The position numbers and the translations under genes were made by a program. DNA of 64,000 nt from positions 50,284,001-50,348,000 of the forward strand of contig NC_087447.1 of assembly GCF_036321535.1 (NCBI RefSeq). The letters run 5' to 3'. Source of the stretch: Camelus dromedarius. Lineage: Eukaryota. Of this stretch, positions 39,701 through 54,700 are shown in pieces (positions within the stretch are counted from its first letter, which is position 1; each line of letters starts with the position of its first letter). Under the pieces are notes generated by a model. It saw only the letters and a list, made by a program, of their open reading frames with translations, ran no database searches and was not told the origin of the DNA.

Positions 39701-42700
39701 CATATATTTCCATAAAACTGGTAGTTAAATCAAGAAACTTGATCAGATTCAAGTCTGATTGTTTTTGGACATAGGGGGAATGAACATTTTATAAGTGGTA
39801 GTCCTGTTGTGTACTTATAAGTGCACATGTGTACTTCCTTTTGCATCATTTTATGATGCACATAATTCCTGGTTTCTTGCTAATGATACTAACATTAATC
39901 AGTAGATACAAGTATTACCAAATGTTTTTATAGCTATTGATAACTTTTACCTGTATCTTTATTTTACTGGTAATTGCAAAATGAATTTTGTCTTTATTTT
40001 CTTCATTTATTAGCTGGAATTCTTAAAGCACTTTCCTTATTACCGTAGATAACCCTGAGGTATAATTCATATAGGAAAAGCAGGATGAGTGCTGGATTGT
40101 TCCCTTTTATTTATATGTTTTCAGATAATGACTTGGTTCAGTGATCAATGAGAGTTTTGTTCCCCATATCATTAAGATTTTAGATATCTGTCAATCCATT
40201 GCAGATACTCTTTTGGTGCTCAAATTGTCCAGTCTGTTACAGTGAGAGCCTCTGCAAGTTGGCTCCTAAATTCTTTTGACACAACCAAGTTAGTTCTTAA
40301 TAGCTTCTTTGTTTTGTGATATGACATATTGTTCCTGTTCATCTTGTACACTACAATCTGAGGACCATGGTGATGGTCATTGCTACAGCATTAGTTATAG
40401 TTCCTAAAGCTTTTCTGTGGACAGAGCTAGAGTCCTTTTTTATCAAGGAAGAAGTATACCATCATCCTGGTATTACCCAATTCCAATTTAAAGTTATGTT
40501 TTTTATTTCTTTGTTCTTCTGTTTGTCTAATTGTGTCTTTTCTTCCTCTTATATTGAAAATCATGGTTTCTAACAATTAATAAAATTATATATTTGATTT
40601 ACCCTGTAATGTATAATAGTTTCAAAATTAAAAAGAAACAATATGACAACTAACAATATAATTGCTTAACAGAATTTAAGATTTTGATATGGTCCTTTTG
40701 GTTCTTAGGGTATTCCCACTAAGGATATACAGTCAAATTACTATATTTTAAAGTCACTTGAAATAAGTTTTTTCTCTTTGGTTAAGCTCTAATTTGGTAT
40801 ACAGTTAAGTTAGTTTGTTTAATTTTGTTTTTTTTTTATGAATTGCATTGAAAAAATTTTTAATCTAATTTTATTCATAATTACATAAAATATTTATGTA
40901 GTTCCAAAGTCAAACCCACAAGATGTGTTCTGAGAAGTCAGCCTTTGATCTACAGTTTTGTCTTTCCCTGATAGATAACCTTTCTTTTGATTAGTTTTTA
41001 AATTTATCCTTTAATTTTTTAAAAATATTTTGTATGTATTTTATTTTTCCCTTTTTCTTAGATAAAAGGTAACATAATATACTCACTGCTCTGCATTTTA
41101 CTGTTTGGAAGGGATAATTTTTCATTTGTGGTTATGAGTCTGGGGCAGATAATACGGAAAAAGGTGAGAGTTGAAATGTGTTTTGTGCATATAGAAAGAA
41201 ATAATTTATTTTAGATGACCACTTCATATTTGATTCTTCCCTTTTTTCTCCCTCTAGATTGAATATTTATCAGACTAGAAGTTGTAAATAGCCTTTTTTC
41301 TTATCTCTTAAGTCCATTTGATTCTTCTTGTTCCTCATTAACCAAAGAATTGGGGGGGGGGCTATTGTTTATTACTCAGGTGGATTACTATGCCTTTTCT
41401 ATGTTTTATTCTGTCTGTTTCTCAGATAAATCCTATTGCCATTGTCTTTACTCATTTGGTGGGAGAAATTTCTTTCATCTTGTTCTTCTCACATTTTTTT
41501 ATGAACTTGATGGAGTATTTTACCCAATATTGTGACAGTCTTCTGCTCATCTTTTATTTTCCCTTCTTGACCTCGCTTCAGCCTAATACAGTGCTTCCTA
41601 TTGCATAGTATCCACTAGTACTCCTGTTCTCATCACTGTATTTATTTTCCTTAGTCTCTCCCTAAATGCAATTCCTGTTTTTCATTTCTGTTTCATGAAA
41701 TCCCCCAACCCTATCAATTCAAATGTGTCCTCATTTAGTATCCAAGTTTTTTAAAACCTAAAAGTATTAGCGGATTAAATAATTTAGAGAACAGTAGAGA
41801 ACAAAATTCTGTCAATAATCTAACCACTCCATCACAGTAGCACTTTCCATTTTACATATTACTGCCTTTTTACCTGTGTGAATAATATTTTTTATTTATT
41901 TGGAATAAAAAAATCTGTATTCTTTTTGATATCATACTTCAAGTAACATTGCTTCATTAGCATTCTTCTGTTTTTCTATAGTTATCCTAATTATTTTCAG
42001 TGCTGTTTAATATTTGTTACTATTGCATAATTCATTAAAATTATTCCCTTAATGTTGGATTGAGTATTTCCAGGTTTTACTATTATAGATTTAACTATGG
42101 TGAACATCTTTGTGAATTTAATTGAGCCCTCTATTTTCTTAGACCCAGCTCTCGGAGCAAGATTACTAAATTAGGGGGTTGGAATTTTTTTTAGAGTTTG
42201 CTAAATGTCATATTTTAGTTCCCTGAACTATTATCATCTTGAAATATTTTGGTAGTGTGTGTCCACTACTAAGTCCTTGTTCTCTTGTTTACAAAAAAGG
42301 TGAGGAGTATAATTTCTAGGATTGAAAAAATTTTTGGATGTCATCCTATTTAACTAGTCAGTTATTTAGTACCTGATTTTTTTCCCTTTAATCTCTATGG
42401 GTATAAGGCAAAACACATGTAATTTTCTACAGTTACGTATCTTCTTTCCCCTTCACTTACATGACTTTGTTTTTTGATGTCTTTTGAGTTACATTCTTTC
42501 TCTAGGGTTCATGTTAAAATTCTAAACTGTTTCATATTTATTCAAAATTACTAGTGTAGCCTGAACTGTATGTAATTCCTCCAAATATGGACTACTACGT
42601 GTGCTTTGGTGTTTTTCACAGCAACCTGTATTCTTTTTGGCATTCAAATATGTAATAAATTGTTACAGAGCCCCTAAATCTAAATTGAATTGCAAAATGT

Positions 42701-45700
42701 GATGAGTAATTGAATGACTCTACATAAATCTGCATTGACTGGTGGTTGATTTTTAACAAGAAGAAAATTTACTGTCTCACAAAACCAAAAGTCTGGAAGC
42801 AAGGAAGTTCCTGTTAAGTTATACAGTAGCTCACTGGAGCCATCAGGGAGTTTATTTTTGCCTTTCTTCTGTGCTTTCCCTGTTGTATCAGCTTTTCCCC
42901 CAAGTACCTCCCATCATGGTTAGAAGATGAGTATAGCAGTTTTATGTATTACATCCAGATGTAAGAACAGGCACAGGAAGAAGAAACAATACCTTCTGTG
43001 GATCTCTCTTAGGAAAGAGAAAAACTTTCCCACCCAAAAGTCCCCAGGAGAAAGTTCCCCTCATGTCTTTTTTGGCCACAACTGTGTCGTATACCCCAGC
43101 CTAAACTAGTCTCTGGCAAAAGGAATGAGTCCACCATGACTGGCTTAGATCAATTAGGAATTGCCCTGTAGGGCTGGCTTGGGACCAGCCTCCCCCAAAG
43201 TATATGCCAGTGACCAGGATCCTTTGGGGGAGAAATGGGGTTCTGTTAGGAAGAAGGGCAGAGGAGAGAGAAAATTAGTCAGGCAACTAAGAATGTATGC
43301 TGCATTAGATTATTTTAATAAATGGTTTTAGAAAGTTGACTTTACGTTTATTTTTATGCATGTCAGTGAGATTAGATTGGTGGATAGAATTGTTCAGATT
43401 ATCCTTTTTTTTGGTCTACTTGTATTAGTTATTGAGAGGAGTGTAAAAATCTCCAGCTATAATTGTAGCTTTGTACATTTCTCCCTTTGTCAGTTTTTGT
43501 CTCGTGTATTTTGAGCTCTTTTATTAAATGCATGCATGTTTAGGATTGTTGTATCTTCTTGATGAATTGACTTCCTTTTCATTATGAAACATTGCTCTTT
43601 TTCTCTGGTAATACTCCTTATTTTGATGTTTACCTTTTCTGATATTAATGTTGCTACTCCAACTTTCTTATAATTAGCATTTGCATGATATTTTTCACCT
43701 GTTTACTTTTAACCCGTCTGTACCTTTGTATTTAAAATGCATCTCTTATGCACATTGTATAGTTAGGGCTTACCTTTTTTTATCAGTCCAACCATCTTTG
43801 CCTTTTAACTGTTTAGTCCTTTTATATGTAATGTAATTATCAATATGATTGAGTTTAAATCTGCTATCTTGATGTGTTTTTTGTCTTCTCTATTATCTGT
43901 TTCCTTTCCACACCCTTTTCCTGTCTTCTTTTGTTGCATTTGTTGAGTTTTTTAAGAAAAAGGATTCCATTTTATCCTTCTTCCGTTGTCTTATACTTTT
44001 TTTTTTCAATAGTTGCTCTAAGGTAGGGTTCTCAACCTCCACGTATGGATATTTTGGACAAGATAATTCTTTATTATGAGGAGCTGACTTGTGCATTGTA
44101 GGATGCTCAGCAGCATTCCTGATGTTGACCTACTAGATACCAGTAGCACACTCTCCTGTCATGACAATGAAAAATATCTCTAGTGATTGCCAAATATCTG
44201 GGGATGAAAGGGAGGACAAAATTGCCCTTGGTTGAGATCTCAGCACTAGAACTTACATTGTACATTTTTAGTCTGTAACAGTCTGTCTTCATGTAATATA
44301 CCACTTTCCATATTGTGTTAGGAATGTACACTTCTGTTTCCTCTCTCTCCTTGTGCTACGTTGTCACACATTTTAATTATATATGTTGTAAACCCCACAT
44401 TGCATTGCTCTTTCTTTTGTTTTGAACTGTCAATTTTCTTTTAAAGAAATTACAAAAAAGAGGGAGAAAAAAATTTTATATTTGTCAATCTTATCTTGTA
44501 CTTTTCCTACTCCAGTCCTTGGATCAGCCATTTCTCCAAGGAGCCCTGATTCCTTTTAGTGGAAAATGATAATTAGAAGAGAATCTGGGTGCTTGATATG
44601 ATCATTGCTAGGAGGGGTGTGCGTGTGTCTTCATGTACATTTGTACACACACTCACTCACATATTTATATCTATATTTATTTCTATGTTTAAAACTATGG
44701 GTCCATACTGATATATCCAGTTTCAAACACTGCTTGTTAATTCTAGTCTTCTCCCTTTCCTCTTCAAAAGTGAAAAACCCAGCTTCCGTTAATCTTTCAT
44801 ATACTTAATTATTTTATCAGTGCCCCACTCTGTAACCAGTCTGTCATTGTTGCTGCTGTTGCCTCCACTTCCATGGGGATACTTTCTTCACCCCACTCAG
44901 GTTCTGACATCCTGCAGACTTCAACTTTGCCCCACCTGAGTTCTGACACTTTTCCCCAGGTCACCCTTTTTACATGGATGTCTGTCTTACCCTGCTCAAC
45001 TCTGACACCTGTGCCAAGTCACCTTTTCCACCCAGAAGCCTTCTTCACCTAGTTTGGACTCTGATCCCACCCCTTCCCGTGGACATCCTGCTCAAGCTTT
45101 GAGACCCTGTGCTAGGTGGCTGTCATTCATGGAGCCTTTCTTTATTCTACTTGGGTTCTAACTCTACATGTGGCACTGTACCCTGAGGTCCCCTAGCATG
45201 TACACCCTTCTTATCCTACTTCGACTCTGACTCACATGCTAGGTCAGTCTCTGCAGTGGGTTCTGACACCCCATGCTTGGCCATTCTTCTCCATAGCCAT
45301 GTAGTTGTCCGTTGTGCTTTGTATTGCCTGATGGCTTTGGTGCTAAATTGTTTGGGATTTGAAGAGCAAAAGGCTAAGGAAGATTTTTTATTTGTTAAAA
45401 CAAAAGTAGCATTTATTATAATTTTTAATGATAGATTTATGTGATCATTTGATTGTCTTCTCTGACCTTCCTGAAGGCAGGGACTGTTTCATGGATACAA
45501 GAGTTTCCCAAGGATCTAGCATAAAGTATGTGCTCAGTATGTTTTTACTGAATGAATAGAAATGAAGTACTTTAATAAGATTATATAACTATTATGAGTT
45601 TATGTGTTAGAGACGTAATCTGAACACAGTTCTCTGATTCTGAAGTCACCCTGACTGCTTTTACATCAGATACTTTTCCTATATAAATAGATATGGAGAA

Positions 45701-48700
45701 TACAGATTACTTAGGAAGTTACCCATGTGCACAATTTACCTCAGTTAATACAAGAGTTTATTATGAATGCAATATAAAGATTAAAATTTTTAAATAGTTT
45801 AAAAATAATGTCTTTCACTTGTATAACACTTTATATTCATTGAGTCATAAAATGTTGGTGCCAAAAGGGAGTCCAGAGATAATCTAATTCAGAACAATTA
45901 AGCAATATAGCATACGTGTGTCACCAAAATCCTAACATTCAGGGATGGGTGGGGGTGGATGAGGTGGGAGAATGTGTAAGTAATGTGAGTAAGATTTCCA
46001 GGTGATTCTGACTATACCTTTTTGTCTTCTGTCAAAGTATTCCTCAATCTGTGATTTTACCTGATCCATTCAGCAACCCTTAGAGACTTATAGGGCAAGG
46101 AAAATTCAGCAAATGGAAAAGCTGAGGCCCAGAGAGTCAGAGTGAATTCTCAAGGTTTCTTCTTCATCTTTATTATTCTCCAGAAATATTTTACATAAAA
46201 ATGTGATTTTATTTAAAAATTCTTCTATAATGCAATGTAATTGTCATAGTGGGGGTGTGGTGGAGGAAGGTATGAAAGCCTATTTTGATAATTAGAAATT
46301 GATAACTAGGCTATTAATTTATCAGTTTCTTTTCATTGTTTCAGCAATGCTCAACAAGTTGATATGGTGAGTTATAGTCTAGGTTCTTTCTGTTAGGAGT
46401 ATTAATTAATTTGCAGATAATAGTCCTATTGTGTGGTTATGAACTGTAAGAAGATTACTGATTAAAAATCTGGGAGAGGGAAAAATTTCTCTCAAGTTCA
46501 TACATCTTTTGTGAAAATTATTGGTACTCACTACCTATGCATGCTTGCTTGTAAAGTATTGCATTGAAAAGAGATTCCTTAAAACTTTACATCATGAGAA
46601 TTTTTTTGCTGTGGATGTATTGAGTATATGCACTTGTAACTTTTCACATGTTTATTTAATGACCCAGTTAGAGTTCTCAAGAAAGGGCTTTATAGATTAT
46701 TGGAAATGAGCTATAGAAAAGCTACTTTGCCATGCTAAATAATTCAAAAGATGAATGTTTCAGTGTGAATTATTTTATCTAGTGCCATGTTTAAATTGGC
46801 TCATTTGAACTTGAAAAGTAATAGTCGAAAAACTATCAAATAAGATTCAAAACTTAGTTTGCTTTGTTCTTTTATGTACATTGAGAACCTTTATTTTCTA
46901 AAGAAAAATCTGTTGAGAGACATGTGTGAGAACATCCTGCCTGATACTTTGTTTCTTTTGATTAAACCCTTCAAGGGAGAATCAGTTTTTTAAGTGTTAG
47001 AGCAATGAAGCCTCCCTTGCAAAGTTTGAGGACTTAGATATCAAGTATGTGAAATACGATACAAATTATATCTGACACTAGGTGCTTAATAATCATTGTT
47101 TTTCTTGATTTACCTAGTCCTAAACTATTACCTACTGTAATAACCAGAAGTAACTTTAATTATGCTTTACTATTAAATTTTCTTTTCCTTTACACTTCTA
47201 TAGGTGTATCCACGTCAGCAATCAAAATGGCATCGACCAGACTTCCTTCCCCCAAAAGCTTAGTGGGTGCCCCAACTCAGATTCTTGCACAGTTTCCTAA
47301 ACAGCATCAGCAGTCTCCTAAGCAGCAGTTACATCAAGTGCAGCCACAGACACAGCAACAGGTGGCCCAGCCTTCTCCAGTGTCTCATCAGCCACAGCCT
47401 CAGCAATCTCCCCTGCCACCTGGTATCAAGCCTACCATTCAGATCAAACAGGAGTCAGGTACGTGGAAAATATTTACAAGAGATTCTTCCCTGATCACCA
47501 GTTCTCTGAAGATTGCAATATATATGGATTACTTCTGTATATGAGTTCCTCAAGCACCAGTTTTAATCCCAAGATGTATTTTGACTCCCTCCTGTGGGGA
47601 GTATTTAGATAGACAGAACTGCTGATGCTTGGGAATAATAGAGAAGGGAGAAAAAGCAGCTTGCACAGCAGGAAGAGATATTTTCAAAGAACTCTCAGGA
47701 GAGATAAAGCTGAGGAAACAAACCCAGATTTTAGAAATATACTCTGGAGCCCACTGGGGTTACAGGAAGTGGGCAGTGGAAAAATTAGTCTGAGGAGTCT
47801 TATGTTAGAGGCCATATTATGACTTTGGCATAAATTTGTCATAGGCAGAGGTGCTAAGATTAAAAGACGTTGTATACAGTGAAGATGTTTGTACTATAAC
47901 AATTTAGCAGCTTATTGAAAACATCTCTAACATCTCAGAGGTAGGAGTCAATTACTGTAAATTATTGAATCATAAAAGTATTAAATTAAAGGCAGGTAGA
48001 ATGGAGGCTTAGATACAGGGAGATTAAAAAGCCTCTTAACATCCTTAATATCTTTAAAAAAAGAAAATGGATTTTTCCCCCTCCATTGAATCTGGATTTT
48101 ATTTGGTGGTAGACATTTTCAGTTTCGTTTTGTTTTTTTGATAGGAACTTCTTTTGGGGGGGTGTAATTGACATATGATGTTGTATTAGTTTCAGGTGTA
48201 ACATAATGATTTGATATATGTATATATTATAAAATGATTACCACAGTAAGTTATCATCCATCACCACACCTAGTTACAGTTTTTTTCTTGTGATGAAAAT
48301 GTTGATTCACAGATATGTGCAACCATCACCACAGTTGATTTTAGAACATTTTCCTCACTTTCAAAAGAAACCCTGTACCATTTAGCTATCATTCCCTGCT
48401 TGCCATGACAACCTCTCCAGCCTTAAGCAACTGCTAATCTACTTTCTGTGTCTAGATTTTTATATTCTGGATTTTCATATGAATAGAATCATATAATATA
48501 TGATCTTTTGTGACTGGCTTCTTTCACATAATGATATTTTCAAGATTCATCCATCTTGTAGCATACATTAGTACTTTCACTCCTTTTTATGGCCAAATAA
48601 TATTTCACATTTTGTTTATCTGTTTGTCTGTTGATGTACATATGGATTGTTTCCACCTTTGGATATTATGATTAATTCTGTGGAAAACATTTGTATTTAA

Positions 48701-51700
48701 GTTTTGAGGTATTCAGTTCTTTTGTGTGAATACCTAAAAGTGGAATTGCCAAGTTGTATGGTAACTTTGTGTTTAATTGTTTGAGAAACTGCTACGCTGT
48801 TTTCCAAAATGGCTGCACCATTTTACATTTCCACCAGCAATGTATGAGGGTTCCAATTTCTCCACATCCTTTCTAATGCTTGTTAGCTTCTGACTTTTTG
48901 ATTCTAGCAAGCCTTGTTTGTGTGAAGTGGTATTTCATTGTGGTTTTGATTTGCATTTCTCTGAACACTAATGATGTTGAACATCTTTTCATGTGCTTCT
49001 TGGCCCTTTATATATCTTCCTTGGAGAAATGTTTGTTTATATCCTTTGCCTACTTTCTAATTAGGTTGTCTTTTTATTATTGAATTGTAAGAGTTCTTAA
49101 AATATATATATCTTTTAGACATTAAATCGTTATCAGATACCTGAATTGCGATTATTTCCTCCCATTCTGTGGGATGTCTTTTTACTTTCTTGATGATGTC
49201 CATTGAAGCACAAAAGTTTTTAATTTTGGTGATGTACAATTTACTTTTTCTTTTGTTGCTTGTGTTTTTGGTATCTTATTTAAGAATCTTTTACCAAATC
49301 CCAGGTCATAAAGATTTATCCCTATTTTTCCCTAAGAATTTGATAGTTTTACTTCTTGAATTTAAGTATTTAACCTATTTTGAATTACTTTTATTATGAT
49401 ATGAAGTAAGGATCCCACTTTATTCTTTTGCATAATTCTTCAGTTGTCCTAGAACCATTTGTTGAGAAGACTATTTTCCCCCATTGAATGATCTCAGCAC
49501 TCTTGTTGAAAATCCACTGACCACGTGTATGACTTTATTTCTGGACTCTCAATTTAAAATTATCTAAGGCTATTAAATAAATAGATTTGTTTGCTTCCTA
49601 ATGTCTTAACCTAAATCACCACCCAAAAAAGTAATAAAATTTTTAGTTGTCTCTGAAAACATATTCTATCCCATGAATTATTTCAGTAAAGTTTAGTGGG
49701 GGGAAAGTGTTGCCAAAAATTTCCTTCCTTAGTTAACAATTATTAGTACTTAAATTTGTAGTTAGCAAGAGAGATTTCTTTTAAATGGGCATCTTACATT
49801 TGGAAGGTCAATGTAACAGTTACAACATTTAAATGAAAATTTTGAAAAATGTAAAAAAAATTATAACATCACTACCCTAACATTTTAATTTTATTTGTAC
49901 ATATTACCTTCCAGTTCTTCTTCACATGCATATTTTATGTAGGTGCAAGAATAGTGTATCCTTTATTTTTATTTGACAAAATGAGCTACTAAAATACTTT
50001 TAAGGCAATTTAAAAATAAAGGTTCAATAAGAAAATGTCCTTGCTCCTTATAGTTTTAAGAGGTTAGAGAAATCGTTGGTATAATTGCGAATATGTAAAA
50101 GCTACATTAACTTTTGTTTTTGACTTCTTACCCTAATCCTTTCATCCCAAGTATTTGCATGGAACACAGATTGCTTACTTGTCTGTCAATGTTCAGGTCA
50201 ATGGCTAATTCATTTGAAGGCTCTTGTATGACGTGATTATAGTCAAAAGGAAAAAAATTGTTTTTCACTGAGAACTTGTTAATAGCTTCTGTAGTGTTTT
50301 AATTATATTCCTGAATGAGAGAAATTAGGAAAGATAGAAATTTGAGGAATAAAAGTTTAAAACGTTTCATTAGTATGAAAAAAGCTTCTCTTTAGACTTT
50401 ACTCAGTAAATGCATGTAAATGCTGCCCTCTTGGGTTGGTATAAGGCACATGTTATTAAAAATAATTTGTACTGAGATTTATTTTTCTTCTTTCAAAGGT
50501 GTTAAAATCATCACACAACAAGTTCAACCAAGTAAAATATTACCCAAACCAGTGACAGCAACTCTGCCCACCAGTAGCAATTCCCCTATTATGGTGGTTA
50601 GCAGTAATGGTGCAATTATGACAACTAAACTGGTAACCACTCCTACTGGTAAGTTTTCTTGAGCATCAGTCCATTCATTCATCATATATTCATTGAATAA
50701 TTTCTCTGTACCAGCAATGTGCTTGACACTGGGGATATTGAAATTAAAACATAATTCTTCAAAGAGGCCTTTCATGACTTTTCCCTCCCCTTCCCAACTA
50801 AAATTAGCTCTTTCCTATTGTCACAGTCCTCTTCTTTTCCTTTATGTTACATACTACAGTTTCTAATTATTTAGCTACTTGTTTGTTGATTTTTTTTTTC
50901 ATGTTCACCTTATTAGATCATGGGCTTCATGAGGATAAGGGACCATGTCTGTTTTATTCACCATATATGTGTAGAGCTGGTCTGTAAGTAGGCGTTTAAT
51001 CAAGTTTTGTTGAGTGAATGAAAACACAGTCCCAGCCCACGAGTGTCTCACTCTGATGAGGTTGAGAGTCTGTATCACAATTACAGTGTGGTAAGCATTA
51101 CTCAGGCCGAGAGAAGCGCAGGATGCCATTTTACAGATATGAGAGCAACTAGGTTGTGCCAGTGTAGAACATTTAAAATAGTACCACCTTTTGTGACCTT
51201 GAGCAGTTTAATTCTTCTCAGTCTTTTCCCTTGTCTATTTCAATGTGATAATAATACCTATACCATAAGGTTATTGTAAGTATCATACGAAATCAGGCAT
51301 ATAAAATTCCCAGCCAAGTGCTCAGTAGCTATTACTATTAATATTAGAATTAGCCATTACTATTTTTTTTAATTTGTATAACTCTTACCAAACTTTTTAA
51401 AGAGGGCCAGATTTAGATGATACAATCTAAAGACTGTAACCTGATTTCTGTCTCAAGTTCATAAGCTATCATCTGTTGGCCAGTATGTAAAGGTGTGTAT
51501 AAACATTACCCTTAATCTCCCTTAGACTTTTAAGATCTCCGTTTTCAGCGACAAAATAGACTTACATTAAGCAAATTGCTAAAGGTCACACAGCCAATAA
51601 AAGGCAAAGTGGGATTTGAATCCAGATCTGCTTTTTTTTTTAAATGTGGTAAAATATAGATTACATGAAACTTACCATTTTCATCATTTAAAAAATTATT

Positions 51701-54700
51701 TATTTGAGGAGGGAGGCATTTAGGTTTATTTTTATTTATTTATTTATTTATTTATGATTTTTAAGTATACAGTTTCATTGGCATTAAGTACATTCACACT
51801 GCTTTGCAGCCATTACCACCATCTAGCCCCAGAAATTTTTTCATTTTCCCAAACTGAAACTCTGTACCTATTAAACAGTAACTCTCCATTCTACCTTTCT
51901 CCAGTCCCTGGCCACCACCACCACCATTCTTTCTGTCTTTATGCAAAGCCTGTGCTTTAAAAATACTATTATTCTTGTGTTAAATCCGTCATACTTTACC
52001 CAAAACTTTTCTCCATTTGGTACAAAGATAGTAGTATAATGTAGATATGATTCCTCATATTGGGGAAGGGTAGTGAAAAATAATGATGTGTCTGTGCTTA
52101 TGTATCTATACTAGAATAAGTGTTTCTAATTTTAAAACAAAAGCTCAAGTTGAAAGATTTTTCAGTTATAATTAACTGATTCAAACTATGTATCTTTACA
52201 GCATTTTTGCTTTGCACTAGATTTTTTTTTCCAATTCAGATATATGTTTGTAATTTAAACTAATCTACTTGATGTTCTTTCTCTTCTCCCTTTTTTGGGT
52301 AGTGATTGAATTTTAAAACGGTGACTACTAACTTGCTAAAAGCATTTTTGGGGGGAGGGGGCCATTGAAAATGGTTATCTTGGTGACCTGAATCTAATTA
52401 TCATGAAAAAAATTTTTCCAGTTGAAGGAATTGTTATCTGAGTTGTCTTCATTCTCCCCAAGTCTAATAGTTCTTAGCTTAGCAGTAGTATTTGAGTTAC
52501 CGGATTTGTAAGAAATACAATAGACTCATCTGGTTAATTTTTAATTCCTATTTGGGGAAAGAAAAAAGTCCTAGAAATAATGGGGAAGAGTGTAAAATCC
52601 TTTGAGAGATATGAAGAAAAATATTCTAACAGGTCAGTTAAAGTTGAGGAAATATGTAAATAGTGAACTTTTTAGGCTAAAAAGAAATATTCCTGGCAAC
52701 TCTTGGCAGCTTCAACTTTAATGTCTCGTAAAATGATGGAATAAGTCTTTAAAAGATGGAAATATATTTAGAGGGTAGCAGAGTATAAAACAGTAAAAGT
52801 TTATAAAACTAGGCAAACAATATACTGCCTTATTTGCTGAGTGCTGACTTGGGTTTGGCACTGAGACAGCATAAAACAGATGCAGAGACCTCGAAATCTA
52901 TAACAGAAATATCTAAAATGCTCTGGCAGGAAAGATGATTAAATTTAAGTTTCTTTTGGCATAAAACTAGTGGAAGAAGGGTAGTGGAAGAAGGGAACAG
53001 AGTTAGTTATACTTTTTCTTGGGGTTAGTAATTTGATGCAACACATCACAAAATTTTATGTGTAAAATTAATTCAAATTGAGTTGGCTGTAGTTCTTGCT
53101 ATGTGCATTGAAAACTGGCTGTAAATTGTTACTTAATGTCTTGACTCCTTGAAATTCCATTTTCAAGTTAAAGCAATGTACATTACATTGAATGATAGTT
53201 AAACTGTATAAATTGTCATTCTTCTATAAGTAATGACAAGTTTTTCTCTTGGCTTTCCCCTTTTTATAGGCACGCAGGCAACCTATACCCGACCAACAAT
53301 GAGCCCATCTATAGGTCGGATGGCTGCAACCCCTGGAGCTGCAACCTATGTGAAAACTACCAGTGGTAGCATCATTACAGTAGTACCCAAATCATTAGCT
53401 ACCTTGGGGGGCAAGATAATTAGCAGTAATATAGTTTCTGGTAGGTATATCTGAAATATGTTAAAGGTATAGTTGACCAGTAAGAGGAAAAAACATTTCA
53501 CCATTGAAGCATTCTGTTTGATCTCAGTTTTCTGTTTAGAAATCTGCAGCTTTATTTTTAGGCCTGGTGTTAATGTATAGTGTTTTAGTTCTAGTATTAA
53601 ATCTTCACATGTTGAGCTTTTGAGAGTTTTAAAATAGAAAGAACATTTAGTTGCTTTTAATCAGAATAGAAAGATTATGGTTTACATTAGCATAGAGATT
53701 TTTCATTTACAAAGTATTCTCTCATTTATCAATTCATTCATACTTTATAACTCTGAAATTGTTGGTATTATCCCCAGTTTACAGTTACAGACATATTTCA
53801 GTTTTGAGAGATAAAATTGACTGTCCAAAACTACCCAAGCTAGATAGTGGAAGAACTAGTATCTATTTGTCTAAAGATGTTTGAGGGACCATATCTCATA
53901 ATTTCAATTACTAATGTCACTTTAGCTTATTAAAAATAAAAATACTTGAATATTTTAATTTGCTTTTCACCATTTATATTGACTATTTTACTTTTATAAA
54001 ATGTTTTACTCAGGTAATGAAGGCTAATATTTATTAGTATTTTGGAACCTTACCTGGTTTTTATTGGCTCATTAATTCCTGCAGTATTTGGGTTGTGTAC
54101 CCTGAAGTGGAATGTTAACATGGCATCCATTTTCATTGATTATTATTTTTTAATTAAAATGATGTAAATAATCTCTGACCAAGCAAGCCCTATGGACTTT
54201 AGCTGTCTACCATTTTTGTAGACTAGCTGTATTTTGTATGCCCCAGGTGAGTTGTTCTAACATTTTAAAATGAAGGAATTGAAGTTCCTGGCGGTAATAT
54301 GATGTTGCTGATAACTGAAGGAGTGAAAAAAAAAAAACAAAGCAAGACATGGTATTGGCATAAAGCACTATATTTAAAGCTGCTAATTTTGGCTCTACTT
54401 TTTAAGTGTAAGTGAGAAAATCTGATGTTTGCCAAACTGAGGAGGGTGAAACCAGTAGGGAAAGAATCATCATACTCCAGCTTTGAAGAGGATATTTTAA
54501 ATAACACAGTTAAAACTCAAAATTATAATTTATTACCTGACAATGCCTTTAAATAGTATAGAGCACATACTTATACATTTTTCAAAAAGTAATCCTGTTT
54601 TTTATAGTGTGCAGCTTTTTATGACCATAGGGGTTTTTCTTTACTTATGTATGAGTTCGTAATACCATGTAGCTTGAAGGCATGTCTGTATGTCATGAAG

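Noticed and set aside
44880..45280. Degenerate array of TCTGACAC-containing units with variable spacers
   Set aside because: Lies within an L1MC5-like 3' region whose consensus I recall carries such repeats; not CRISPR-like
52968..52995. 14-bp tandem duplication TAGTGGAAGAAGGG x2
   Set aside because: Ordinary slippage duplication with no functional sign
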